This document shows, piece by piece, positions 40,806-52,030 of a DNA stretch of 64,000 nucleotides (positions are counted from its first letter, which is position 1; every line of letters starts with the position of its first letter). The stretch is from Lama guanicoe (taxonomy: Eukaryota): positions 2,728,001-2,792,000 of the forward strand of contig MU053881.1 in assembly GCA_013239625.1 (NCBI GenBank). The letters run 5' to 3'. The translations under genes were made by a program, and so were the position numbers. The notes beneath the pieces were generated by a model. The model was not told the origin of the DNA and made no database searches. It was given only the letters and a program-made list of their open reading frames with translations.

Positions 40806-42466
40806 TACAGTGTGGGGGACAGTCTCGAGAATGGGTGACTTGATGGCAGTAACACAGAGGAGGGAGAAGCTGAGCTCCCAGAGCTATTTCCTCCGTGGCC
40901 TGTGGAGTTCGGAGCCCTGAACTCTGCAGAGCTGGCACGCTGTTAAGCCCTCACCTCCTCACCACGAGAGAGAAAAAGGGAGTTCTGTCAGTTAAGAGAT
41001 GAGGCCCCAGGACCCACTGGAGCGTGAGCCAGGCTGTCCCATAGCCCAGCGGCCAACGTCTAGGCCTCGGCCCCTTGTGGCCACGGTTAGCATCCCAGAG
41101 GACACAGGCTGGCTGGGCGGGAAGAACCGAGCTGCGTGCAGGATTTTATTGCTTATAGAAATGCAAGGCTTTGACCCAGAGTGGCTAAAGAATAAAAGAA
41201 AATGAGTGGCCCGTGTAACTGGGAACCAGGGGGAGGGCTGCAGGCACCATGGGCACAGGGGCTGAAACCATGTCCGTCAGCGCTCACCTTTCCTGTCTCG
41301 GCTCTGCTTTCCTGGCTGTGACCTTCACTCCTGGCCACCCATGCCTGGGAAGGGGGCAAAGATGGCCACCAGCAGCTCAGGCTTCTGTGCTATTTTCTTG
41401 GCATCTTCAGTGGGAATAAGCCTCTTGCTCCCAGTAGCTCCAGCTGAGCTGACCTTCACTGGTCTGGTGTGGGTCACGGGCCCATCGCAGGCCCAGTGAC
41501 TGTCCCGGGGAGGGACTCTCCGTGGCACCCAGCCTGGGTGGTACTCCCATTCCTTGGGTTGTGCCTGGGATCCGGTCCCCCCCAAACCACAGGGACCAAG
41601 TGGAGGCAGCTGATGCTTCAAAGGACAATCTGGATGCCCCTCCTGGAAGAAGAGGGACAGATTTTGGGCAGGAAAGACAGCAGATGCCCTCCACAGACCA
41701 CCTTGGCAGAAATGGTTTCAGACTAGACACAGCCCAGCAGCCCCGGCCTTTGAGGCTGTGCCCTTCAAGGTACCAGCCCTGCCAGGAAGGGAAAGGCTGG
41801 CTCTGGGAAGCCCCCTACTTCTGTTCAGGAAGCTGCTGCATGCCAGGCTCTGGGCTGGGCACTGGGGAGACAGATGAGAAGGACCCAGTCTGTGTCCTCA
41901 AAGAGCTCAGAGGACAGAAACACACATGCACAACTGAACTGGAGAGTAGGACCCTCTGCAGGAAGGCTCTGGAAGCAAGGGACGTAGGAGGGGCAGGGAC
42001 CTCTGTGTCTGGGGTCTGGGTTTTGGAGGATGACTAGGAGTTCTTCAGGAAAGAGGGCAGAGGATGGGCAAGGGTATTCTAGACCAGGGAACAGCATGAT
42101 ATGAAAGGACTTTGGGTCTTGGGCACCAGGGAATGGTGGGAGAGAGGGCAGGAATGAGGGCTCCTATGTGCAGGGCCTCAGATGCCAGGGTTGGGCAGAC
42201 TCAGGCTGTGGGGAGCCACTGGAGGTTTGTAAACAGGGGGCGTAACATGATCAGGGCTGAGTTATAGAAAATGCCACCCACTCGGGTGGGTGGAGGCTCC
42301 CCGCTCTCCTCTCTGGGCTGTGGAGACTTGCCAGGCCTTCCAGAACTGTGCTTCCTAACGTGTCCCCGACTGGAGGTACTAACGCTGTCTCTCTTTCTCT
42401 TTAACCCTCTGCGTGTCCGTCTGTCTTGCCATCCTGCCTTCCCCCACCTAACCCCTTTCCCTCAAG

Positions 42467-42520
42467 GATCGCTGACAAAGCATTCTACCAGCAGCCAGAT
42501 GCTCATATCATCGGCTACGT
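42467..42520 (+). CDS. CLTB: Clathrin light chain B, 54-nt neuron-specific cassette exon (EN)
   Basis: IADKAFYQQPDAHIIGY(V); AAG acceptor after a CCTAAC branch point; weak donor GT|GTACGT; frame-preserving 54 nt. Confidence 0.94.
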
Positions 42521-43851
42521 GTACGTGTCTCCTTTGCTCCTCTGCAAAGGCCCCTGTGTGTGGCTGGTGCCATTTCTGGTCTCCCACTTGCGGGGTATAA
42601 ATGAGTGTGGCTGGGCCTGGGGCGATGATCAGAGCAGGAGGTGAGCCCGCGGGGCGGGCACAGGCACTGACCTTCACCTCCATCCCTCCAGCAAGTGTTT
42701 AATGAGCATCTCCTGTGCCTGGAGACAGCTTGGCTAAATCCAGGCAGAGAAAAGAAAAGAATGCCTGGCCATCCCCAGGTGAGAGGCCAAGGGCAGAGCA
42801 GCCAGCTCCCTCCCTCTGAGACGCCTCTTAGGCCCAGGAGGTGGGGTGAGTCTTCTGTTGAACAAAACAAATGTTGAATGCAGAAGGAATGCGCAGCCCC
42901 GTCCCCTGCTCCTGCCCCCAAGTGCACTGCTCCTCTGCAGAGCTTCAGCCTGCATTTGGCCACGAGCCCCTGCCCAGACCACCATGGGCCCCCTCACGTG
43001 TTCCTGGTTTGGGGTCTAGTTGGTCCTGCGACTACTTTAGACCTGAGACGGCAGAGATCTCCTTTCACGCCGCCCCAGTTTGTTGGTAGTGACAGCCTGG
43101 AGGGTGTGTTGCGGATTGTGAAGCCGAAGGAAAAAAAATGCAGTGATGACGGTGTGATGATGGTCACGTGTGTAGATGCCAAATATTTGCTGTTCGTTGC
43201 TCTGGGTCCGCCCTTGGCAGGCCTCTGCCGCTGTCTGGGCTAACCCTTTTCTCATCGAACACCGGACACTCCAGAGTAAAAGCCTTCCGCTCCTTCCTTC
43301 CGTCCACGCTCCCATCTGTCCAGTACTTATTGGCACTTACCCAATGCCAGCGTCTGGTCAGACAGGAATAGGACACACACAGCCCGTCCCCTCCAGTTGC
43401 TCCTGGTCAGGAGCATGTTGTGACAAGAGCTGCATGGAAGGCCACGCCGGGATCTGGGAGCCACCGTCTGTGGGGGGAGACAGGGCGGGCTTCAGAGATG
43501 CAGGACCTTCAGCTGGACCTTAAAGTGTGAGAAGGAGTGTGCTGGGTGGGGAGGATGCGAAAAGTCGCTGAGGCAAAGGCCAGGAGACCAGAAATACTTA
43601 TCTGCCTGCAGCGGCTGGGGCAGGGAGGTCAGTTTGGAGCAGGGTTGCAAAAAGCCTGTTGTATAGTGTTAAAAAGCTCAGACTTGATCCTGAAGGCAGT
43701 GGGGAGCCAGAGGAGGTTTTAAGCAGGAGGGTGTGGACGGCAGAGGGGCACTGGCACTGGGGAACACCACAGGGGGTTCAGTGCTCTTGCTGTGCCTGAA
43801 GAAATGGTCAAGGAACACCCACGGGAGTCCTGAAGAGAGAAGAGTCTAGAC

Positions 43852-44012
43852 CAGTGCTTCTCAGACTTCTCAGTGCCCGTGAATCACCAGGGGATCTTGT
43901 CAAAATGGAGATTCTGATTCAGGAGGCAGAGGTGAGGCCAGGATTCTGCACTTCCAACAAACTGTAAGGTGATGTCGATGCTGCTGGTCCATGAACCCCA
44001 CTTGGAGCAGTG
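43852..44012. mobile_element. MER5A-like hAT MITE
   Basis: cagtgcttctca...gaatcaccagggg...gattctgattcag...gatgctgctggtcca. Confidence 0.8.
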
Positions 44013-45015
44013 AGGTTAGAGGGGAGCCTCTTGACCCAGAGGAGAGCTCCTAGGATTGCTTTCCACAGCCCCGCTGGCCAGCCGACTCCACACAGCACTA
44101 CATTTTCCCCAAGCCTGCACACACCTGCTGCTCTGTTCGATTCTCAGCCCAGTGAGACAGATCTGCTAGGCGGAGGTGCTGATCCCCACTTTACAGGTTA
44201 GGAAATGAGCCCAGGGCAGGGAAGCAAGATCACTGGTGGCGGGGGTTGGGGGGAGTGGGCAGTACACCTGATCCAGGGCCAGCTCATCCTTGATCCCCGT
44301 GGGGGTCACCTGGAGAGCTCTCAGCCGTCAGCCAATGCCTGGCATGTGGCAGAACTGGTCCTGCTTGAGATGCAGGGGGCACTTCCAAGGAGAAAGGGGC
44401 TTTCAGGGACACTTGTTGGCCAAACAGGACACAGACCCAGTCCTTTCCACCCAAGAACCCCTTATTGTCTTTCTCTTAATGACTCCCATGGTTAGGTTTT
44501 GTCCACTAAACTGCATTTACTATATTTGCTTCTCCACTGTTCCTTAACAGTGGCTTCTGTCACTGTCAGCCAGAACTCATGATGAAGAAATCACCAATTT
44601 TCATCCTAACTTGATTCTAACCAAAAGCACAGACTTCCATGGGGCGCTCCCCAGGCTGTGGCTCCATAGAGGTTAACGGTCATTCAGGGCTAAAAAGAGA
44701 CCTGTAGTCAAACGTGCTTGAGAGGTGGTAGGTTCTATGCCCATCACGGGGGTTCGTGATGCACACAGCGCATTGAAGGCTTTGAAGATCCTCTTTTGAG
44801 ATCTGCTGTGATGTTTGACCACAGCCGTTTTCAGCAGAACACGTAATGGGGTCCACAGAACCCTGAGGGAATGCTGACCCAGATGCTTCAGTCACTTAGG
44901 GGGTTAGTCAGTGTCCTGTCTCCGCCCAGTTTCTGGAAACACTGAAAATAGCTGAGGTGCTGTATTAGTTCCTCCAAAGGCCTTTAAATGTCAGGAGCTC
45001 CAATTTGGGAACTCT

Positions 45016-45159
45016 TTTTTTTTTTTTAATAATTTTTTCCCTTTTTGGGAGGTAATTAGGTTTTAATTAATTAATTAAAAATGGAGGTACTAGGGATTGA
45101 ACCCAGGACCTCATGCCTGCTAAGCACACACTCTTCCACTGAGCTATACCCTCCTCCCT
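45016..45159 (-). mobile_element. Vic-1-like SINE with TSD
   Basis: CCAATTTGGG(A/C)ACTCT flanks at ~45000 and ~45160. Confidence 0.9.
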
Positions 45160-45557
45160 CCAATTTGGGCACTCTCGATGGAGTGGTATTGAACAGAGAG
45201 TGCTGGGGCAGGGGGAGGAGGCTACTTTAACTGCAGTGGCAAGAAGGGAAGACCTTTCTGAGAAGGTAAGCCCTGCACTCAGATGTGAGTGATAAGAAGC
45301 AACAAGCCATGAGCAGGTCTGGGGGAAGCCGTGACAGCAAGTGCAAAGGCCCTGAGGCAGGACCAAACTAGGCTTCCTTTGCTGCCCAGGCTGTTCCTGG
45401 GGGCCTGAGGTCAGAAGGCACGGGGCTGGGGAGGAGACATCTGGACAGAGTACCCCGGAGTAGACTGGGCAAAGCAGCCTTGCCCAGTGGAAGCAGAGTG
45501 TCACTGATTCAGGGGGAAGGCAGACAGCTATGAAACCTGTCCTATCTCCACCTGCAG

Positions 45558-45729
45558 GGCATCTGAGGAGGCTTTTGTGAAGGAATCCAAGGAGGAGACC
45601 CCAGGCACAGAGTGGGAGAAGGTGGCCCAGCTGTGTGACTTCAACCCTAAGAGCAGCAAGCAGTGCAAAGACGTGTCCCGCCTGCGCTCGGTGCTCATGT
45701 CCCTGAAGCAGACGCCGCTGTCCCGCTAG
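45558..45729 (+). CDS. CLTB: Clathrin light chain B, last exon (spliced total 687 nt = 228 aa)
   Basis: CAG acceptor; ASEEAFVKESKEETPGTEWEKVAQLCDFNPKSSKQCKDVSRLRSVLMSLKQTPLSR*. Confidence 0.97.
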
Positions 45730-46562
45730 CAGCCTGCCACCAGCATGGCCGCAAAGCAGGGGCCGGGCCGGGCCGGGCAGAGGAGGAGCAGCTGGTCTGG
45801 CTGGGGTGGGGGGGAATGCCTCCAGCAGCTGCTACACAGCCTATTCCGTTCCTCCCCATCTCCCGGGGCTGGGAAGGGGAACCCTCACCCCCTCACCCCT
45901 TGTTCCCTCACGGCCCTATGCCCTAGCCCCTCACACTTTCAGTCCACAAAATTGTGACTGGCCCTCCTGATGTATTTTTTTGTCTTGGCTTAAAGGGTGT
46001 GTTGTTAACTCTTTTTACACTTATTTATTATCATTCTCATTTCTCTGGAAGCCACAACTGGTGTCAGGGCTCAGTTTGTGCTTAGAACTTTCCCAGCTTC
46101 ATGGACTTGAGAGAAGGGAGGGCTATTCCCCTGGAAACCCAGGAGCTCCCCCTGGAAGTGGGGGTCCCCATCTGTCTATGTCTGCAGCCCCCAGCCCCAG
46201 GGGAAAAGACCACCTCTCACAGAATGCTTTTGCAGCCTTGATCCTTTCTGATCCTTGAACAAGCCTGTGAGATAGGGATTCTGTTGTTCTCATCATAGAG
46301 CGACAGACCCCCAGAGGTGAAGTGGCTTGGAGGCAAGAGGCAAGACCAGAAGTTCCTGGTGGGGGCTCCCTCTACACCTGGGTTAGAGGCTGGTGAGGGT
46401 AGCCTCTGCTAGAGCCCCTCCCTCCTTCAGCTGTACTTTGTGGATTTGAGAGAAACGGTCGGTGACTATACCTTCTTCCCCATCAGCAGAGGTTGCAGAA
46501 AGGCTATGTTCAAGCCACCATGACCTGAACAGTGTTTAAAAAGATCTGAGTACCTATCAACC

Positions 46563-46965
46563 GTATCAGTTTCCCAGAGCTGCTGTAACAAAGTACCACA
46601 GCATCTGGCTCAGAACAATGGAAATTTATTGTTTCACCATTCCACAGGTCCGAAGTCTGAAATCATGGTGTCAGTAGGGCCGTGCTCCCTCTGAAGGCAC
46701 TAGCGGAGGGTTTGTGGCAGCCTTGTCTTCTAGCTTTGGGCAGCTCAGGTGTTCTGTGGCTTATACAAGCATTACTACAATCCTGAGTTCATCTTCATAT
46801 CACCTGCCCTCTATATGCATCTGCTTTTGTGCCCAAATTTCCCTTTATTATAAGGGCACCACTCAGACTGGATTAGGGCCCACCCTATGACCTTATTTTA
46901 ACTTGATTACTTCTGTAAAAACCCTAGTCCCAAATAAGGTCACATTCTGAGGCACTGAGGTTATA
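46563..46965. mobile_element. MaLR (MLT1-like) LTR
   Basis: gctgctgtaacaaagtaccaca...aaatttatt...gaagtctgaaatca...ccaaataaggtcacattctgagg. Confidence 0.85.
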
Positions 46966-47932
46966 TCATTTTTTTTTTTGGTCGGGGGGTAGGGTAGGAG
47001 ACACAACACCAACAGTTAAAAATAGTGGTCATCCTTTTTAAAAGTGCCCTAGTCCTCATCACTTCCCAGATGTTCCTTGAATCGTGAGGCCACAATATCC
47101 TGCTCTACATTTATGATCTCTGCCTTACAGCTGAAAGACCATGGTGGGGACAAGAAGCTTAGCTGGCCTTAGTCATACACTCCACTGAGAAATCTGGACT
47201 GTGCCAGGAGGCTCAAGAAGTAGTTGTATTGTCTTCACTTCCTCTTTTCTGGCAGCTTGCAGGTGGTGTTGAAATTGATGGTCACAGATGGAAGGAACCT
47301 GGATGTGAATCAACCCTTTAGGGCTGACTGCAGACCAGGAACCCCTGTCTGAGACTTCACATGAATGAGAAACTCACGAGTCCCCTCTCTTCTAGAGTCT
47401 GCTCAGGTCCCCGTCCTCCTTTCTTCCGTAACCATAAAACACGAGGTGCTGCCACAAACCACTGGCAAGCTTTGGGATTATGCGCTACGCTCTTTCCATT
47501 ATGCTAAACTGCTTCTCTAAGCCTCAGTTTCCTGTTCTGTAAGAGGCATCAAGACCCAAGCTGAGATGGTCTAGATCAGTGGAGCCTCAGGCGGTGGGAG
47601 TGGGGTCAGGAGCACACGCACAGTGGAGGGCAGAGCTCCCTGCCCCGGACAGAACCGTGGGAGGCCTCATGTGAAGGAAGGTTTTCTAATGAAAGTTTGA
47701 AAATTGTTGGAAAGATCAGGTTTTTTTCAGATAACATCACTCACTAGATTCTTTTCTACTTTTAACAAGTGATTGTTAAAGGTGACTGTTACCAGGAAAG
47801 TTTGGGAATCATTAGACTATCCCATGTCTAAGGGCCCCTGCAGTCTTTAGTCTGTTTTCTCCTAAAACCAAAGATCAGAAACCATTGGGGTGAGGCTGGA
47901 AATGAATTCACCAAGCTACAAGTAGGTCAGAG

Positions 47933-47938
47933 TTTATT
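47933..47938 (-). terminator. HIGD2A polyadenylation signal
   Basis: AATAAA on the minus strand ~235 nt downstream of the stop. Confidence 0.75.
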
Positions 47939-48170
47939 ACGTAGGGAGTGGAGAGAGTTCAGCACAAATAGAGAAGTATGCCACACCCAAACTGAACCGA
48001 ACCTAAGGTTTCTGAAAAAAAAAAAAATCTGTCGATTTCACAATTGGCCACTTCCGCCCCCGCTGATTCAGGGGCACATCAGGGGAGATGAGGGAATAAT
48101 TCCTGCCACCGGTGGTTGCTCCCCGGGGTGGGAATAATCTCCCCGGAGCTTTCAAGGCCAGGCCACCAGC

Positions 48171-48337
48171 TTAAGATCGAGATCTCATTGAAGATACAGC
48201 TAGACCCGCCAGGATGGCCACGACCGTGAAGCCCTGGGCGGCGATCCGGGTGCGCATCATGAGCTGGGAGCGCTGGCTCTGACCCCGGTGGAAGCAGAAG
48301 AGGCCGTAGGTAAGGGCAGCGGCTGTGCCCAGGCAGC
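48171..48337 (-). CDS. HIGD2A: HIG1 domain family member 2A, exon 2 (total 106 aa)
   Basis: CAG acceptor; GCLGTAAALTYGLFCFHRGQSQRSQLMMRTRIAAQGFTVVAILAGLAVSSMRSRS*, carrying the HIG1 QRRQ motif. Confidence 0.96.
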
Positions 48338-48686
48338 CTGAAGAGGAGCCAAAATATGTGAGAAGTGGCAGGTCTGGCCCGCTTTGGGCCTCCCTCCCGG
48401 TAAGGTCAAGAGCTCTAATCGGCAGCTGAGGGGAGGAAGGTACCGGTGGGGTCTGGGTGGGAGGGGTCGGTGGAAGCGGGGTCCTGCGAGTCAGAGTCCG
48501 CCCCATCCCAGCCGCTCAGGCCCCCTCAGCTCCAGCTCCAATCATGTTCCCGCCCCGCCCCGCCCCTTTGCTACATCTCTGGTCCACCCTCATTCTCGTC
48601 CCCCCTGGTGTCCCCGGTCCTCCACTATTTCATTTCTTCCGACATCACCAACCTCTCGGTCTACAGTTCCTACCGCTCCCGCTTAC

Positions 48687-48840
48687 CTATGGGTACCATT
48701 GGATTCTCGCGGGTCTTGCGAATAAACTTGTCCTTGAAGCTTTCAGAAGTGCTGTATACAGTGGGGCCAAAGCCCTCAATGACTGGGGGCTGCGATGGTT
48801 CAAAGGGTGCCTCCGGAGTCACAGGGCCAGGAGCCGCCAT
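48687..48840 (-). CDS. HIGD2A: HIG1 domain family member 2A, exon 1
   Basis: MAAPGPVTPEAPFEPSQPPVIEGFGPTVYSTSESFKDKFIRKTRENPMVPI; donor G|GTAAGC. Confidence 0.96.
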
Positions 48841-49121
48841 GTTCCAGCCAACATCTGTAGGAGAAATCCCGGACGCTAAGCTCCGCCTCCTGATGAAGTC
48901 ATTAAAGAGGGCGGGGGAAAGAACTATGCTGAGCGTTGTACGCAGGCGCAGACGCTCATTGCGTTCTGGGAGTTGTAGTAATCAGCATGCTATCGCTACG
49001 AGGAGGACTACATTTCCCAAAAATCTGCAAAACCACGCGCGCACTCGCCGGAAGGAGTCTGCTCCACGAGGTGCTGGGGTGAGAGCATCCAGTTTGAGTT
49101 GCCGGTGTTGTGGTCAGCGCG
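48841..49121. promoter_or_regulatory. HIGD2A/NOP16 bidirectional promoter
   Basis: Head-to-head ATGs separated by 281 bp; two opposed ACTACAnnTCCCA motifs (48967-48979 on -, 49007-49019 on +); NRF1-like CGCAGGCGCA 48941; CCGGAAG 49048. Confidence 0.88.
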
Positions 49122-49228
49122 ATGCCCAAGGCCAAGGGGAAGACCCGGAGGCAGAAATTCGGTTACAGTGTTAACCGGAAGCGTCTGAACCGAAATGCTC
49201 GACGGAAGACAGCGCCGCGGATCGAATG
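49122..49228 (+). CDS. NOP16: Nucleolar protein 16, exon 1
   Basis: MPKAKGKTRRQKFGYSVNRKRLNRNARRKTAPRIE; donor TG|GTGAGG. Confidence 0.96.
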
Positions 49229-49318
49229 GTGAGGGGACTGGGCTTCAGGAGGCACGGGGCCTCGGCCAAGACTGCAGGCGAGATGACAGTTCCGCTGTCG
49301 CCCTCTCTTTTGCCGTAG

Positions 49319-49427
49319 CTCCCACATCCGACATGCCTGGGACCAGACCAAATCGGTGCGGCAGAACCTGGCCGAGATGGGTTTGGCTATGGACCCCAAC
49401 AAGGCGGTGCCAGTTCTTAAGAGAAAG
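49319..49427 (+). CDS. NOP16: Nucleolar protein 16, exon 2
   Basis: (C)SHIRHAWDQTKSVRQNLAEMGLAMDPNKAVPVLKRK; TAG acceptor and AAG|GTACTG donor. Confidence 0.96.
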
Positions 49428-50544
49428 GTACTGACATGGTAGGCTCCCGGCCCTTGCCGCCTGTCCCCCGCCATACTTAGGGTTTCAGAATCCTGGCCAT
49501 TACTTCCCTCACTCCCCACAGCCAACTTGGTCAGCCCGTACTGACTGTGGTTGCCAGGCCCTTTACCTGTACCTCCCTCGTACTTCCTCCCCAGCACATA
49601 CAGGACGTGGGTTGGAGCTTCTCCTTTCCTTCTCCACTCACCTTTTTCTCTGAAATTAAACTGTTTGGGCCCCTTGGCATCTCAATGGTATTTTCCAGAA
49701 TTTACCTTTCGTCTGCCCTTAGCCTTCCTGGTAAGGAGTTTGAGATCCTTACTTCCTGTTCATTACACCTTTCCTCAGTTATCCAATCATCCTTGGTCTG
49801 AGGCTTCCCTAGGGCTAGTTCCTCCTGAATAAGTCTTTTTCTGGACCACTCTCAAAAATAGCACCCCTTTTCACTCAGTAACTTTTTCCCTGCTTTGTTT
49901 TAATTCATTGGCACTTGTAAATACTTGATGGTATATTACATTATATATTTGTTTATCTGTTTATTGTCTTTGCCTGTTCCCCCCAACATAATCTCCTTGG
50001 GGACAAGGACTTTGTGTTCCATTCACTACTAAATCCCCAGTGGTGCTTAGGTTGTGACTAGTCCTCAATAAATAGTTAATATGAAGAGTGGGCTTGCTGG
50101 TTGAATTTTGCCCCCTTACTTTGAAGCAAGTTTCTTTTTATCCCTTCATTTTTCCAGAGGAAGATGGCCCTACTGTTTCTTGAGCAAATGTGAAGCTGTA
50201 GCCAAGCATTGTCAGCTTGCTCTTCCCCATAGAAAAGATAACCTGATATCTCTCCCTCAGTGTAAAGTCCTTTCATGTGCATTGTTTCATTTGATAATTG
50301 CACAATGAAGTGAGGCTGGCAAAGGGTATTATGCCCATTTTATAGACTGGCACAGAAAGATGAATTGCTTGCTTGAGCCTCTTGGAAACCATGAAATGTC
50401 CGGGGCATTGGTTGTTCTTGTCATCTGTTCCTGCCTGACCTTGTAGAGGAATTCTTATGGGTAATGCAGGAGCCTTTAGAATTTTCCCTTATCCAGGATC
50501 TTTTCCTTTGTCTACTAAACTCACACGGTGTCTGTTCTCTGCAG

Positions 50545-50614
50545 GTAAAGGCCATGGAGGTAGACGTAGGGGAAAGGCCTAAGGAGCTTGTGCGGAAGCC
50601 CTACGTGCTCAATG
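50545..50614 (+). CDS. NOP16: Nucleolar protein 16, exon 3
   Basis: VKAMEVDVGERPKELVRKPYVLN; CAG acceptor and G|GTGGGT donor. Confidence 0.95.
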
Positions 50615-51799
50615 GTGGGTATAGGTCACTCTAGGTCACCATCCAGCAGTCAGGGCTGGAAGGGACTCTCAGATCTTCTCATTTTACAGATGGAGAAACT
50701 GAGGTTCAGAGGGAAGAAGCAGGCTGGTTCAGGGCTCACAGAGTTAGGACTGTGTCCTGGCTGAGACATTTTCAGTCTACTGACTAAACTCCAGTGTATG
50801 AGGGGAGCTCAGAGATGGTCACGGAGGATGGAACCAGTGCCTAAGCGGATAGAAAAGAAAACTGTCTCAGGCATGCATTCAGGTTCTCATGAGTTTAAGG
50901 ATGAACACATTTTTAGAGATTCCACCATCTAATCTTTCCAGTGACAAATCAATTTCATGTATATTAAGGCTACAGAGACTGAATATTAAAACAGAAGGTA
51001 GATTCTGCAGGGAAACAGGAATGCTATGAAATTCTCTACCCTTCCTTCCTCTTACCTGTCTGAGATTTTTAATAGTTCTTCTGAAGGTTAAAGTATTTGA
51101 ATGTCCAGACATTTGATTCAGAATTCTGTGAGTTCCTCTCTTTAGCCTATCTCAGTGATTCTCCTAAGAGTTATTGCACAGGATTGTATATAAAAAACTG
51201 TGTGTACTTATTGTAGTCAAAGCTAATCTTAAAAAGTTTTAATTCTTTGATTAAAGAAGTTTTTAATCGTGGTAAAAAAACACATAAAATTTACCATCGT
51301 AATCGTTTAAAAATCTGTAGCTCTGTAGTGTTAAATATATTCACATTGTCAGGCAACAGATCTCCAGAACTTTTCTTTCTCTCTCTTTTTTGTTTTTGAA
51401 TTTATCAATTTATTTTTAATTTTAAAAATAACTTTATTGCAGTATAATTTTTGTACAGTAAACTACACATATTTCAGATGTACAGTGTGATGAATTTTGA
51501 TAGATCTGTATGCCTATGAAACCACCACTACAATCAAGATACCTAACATTTCCATCACTCCCCAAGAGGTGCAAATTTCGAACTCCCAGTTTATCCCTTC
51601 CCACCTCCTTTACCCCCTGGTAACCATAAGTTTGTTCTCTAAAGTCTGTAAGTTTGTTTCTGTTTTGAAATAAGTTCATTTATGTCTATTTTTTAGATTC
51701 CAAATATAAGGAATATCATACGGTATTTTTCTTTCTCTTCCTGGCTTCATTTAGAATGACAATTTCCAAGTCCATCCATGTTGCTGCAAATGGCATTAT

Positions 51800-51910
51800 T
51801 TTATTTATTTATTTATTTATTTTTAATTTAAGGGAGGTACTGGGGGTTTGAACCCAGGACCTCCTGCATGCTAAGCATGCTCTCTACCACTAAGCTATCT
51901 CCACTCCCCT
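51800..51910 (-). mobile_element. Vic-1-like SINE nested in the L1
   Basis: Same SINE head, flanked by ATTTTATT repeats. Confidence 0.85.
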
Positions 51911-51945
51911 ATTTTATTCTTTTTTATGGCTGAGTAGTAGTCCAT

Positions 51946-51947
<2 letters not shown>

Positions 51948-51985
<38 letters not shown>

Positions 51986-52030
51986 ACATATATATATATA
52001 TATATGTGTATATATATATACACACACATA
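51948..52030. repeat. Compound (TG)n(TA)n(CA)n microsatellite within the L1
   Basis: Directly visible. Confidence 0.9.

Noticed and set aside
48446..49174. 242-aa plus-strand ORF over HIGD2A
   Set aside because: Antisense to HIGD2A exon 1 across the CpG island; non-ATG start and no recognisable product
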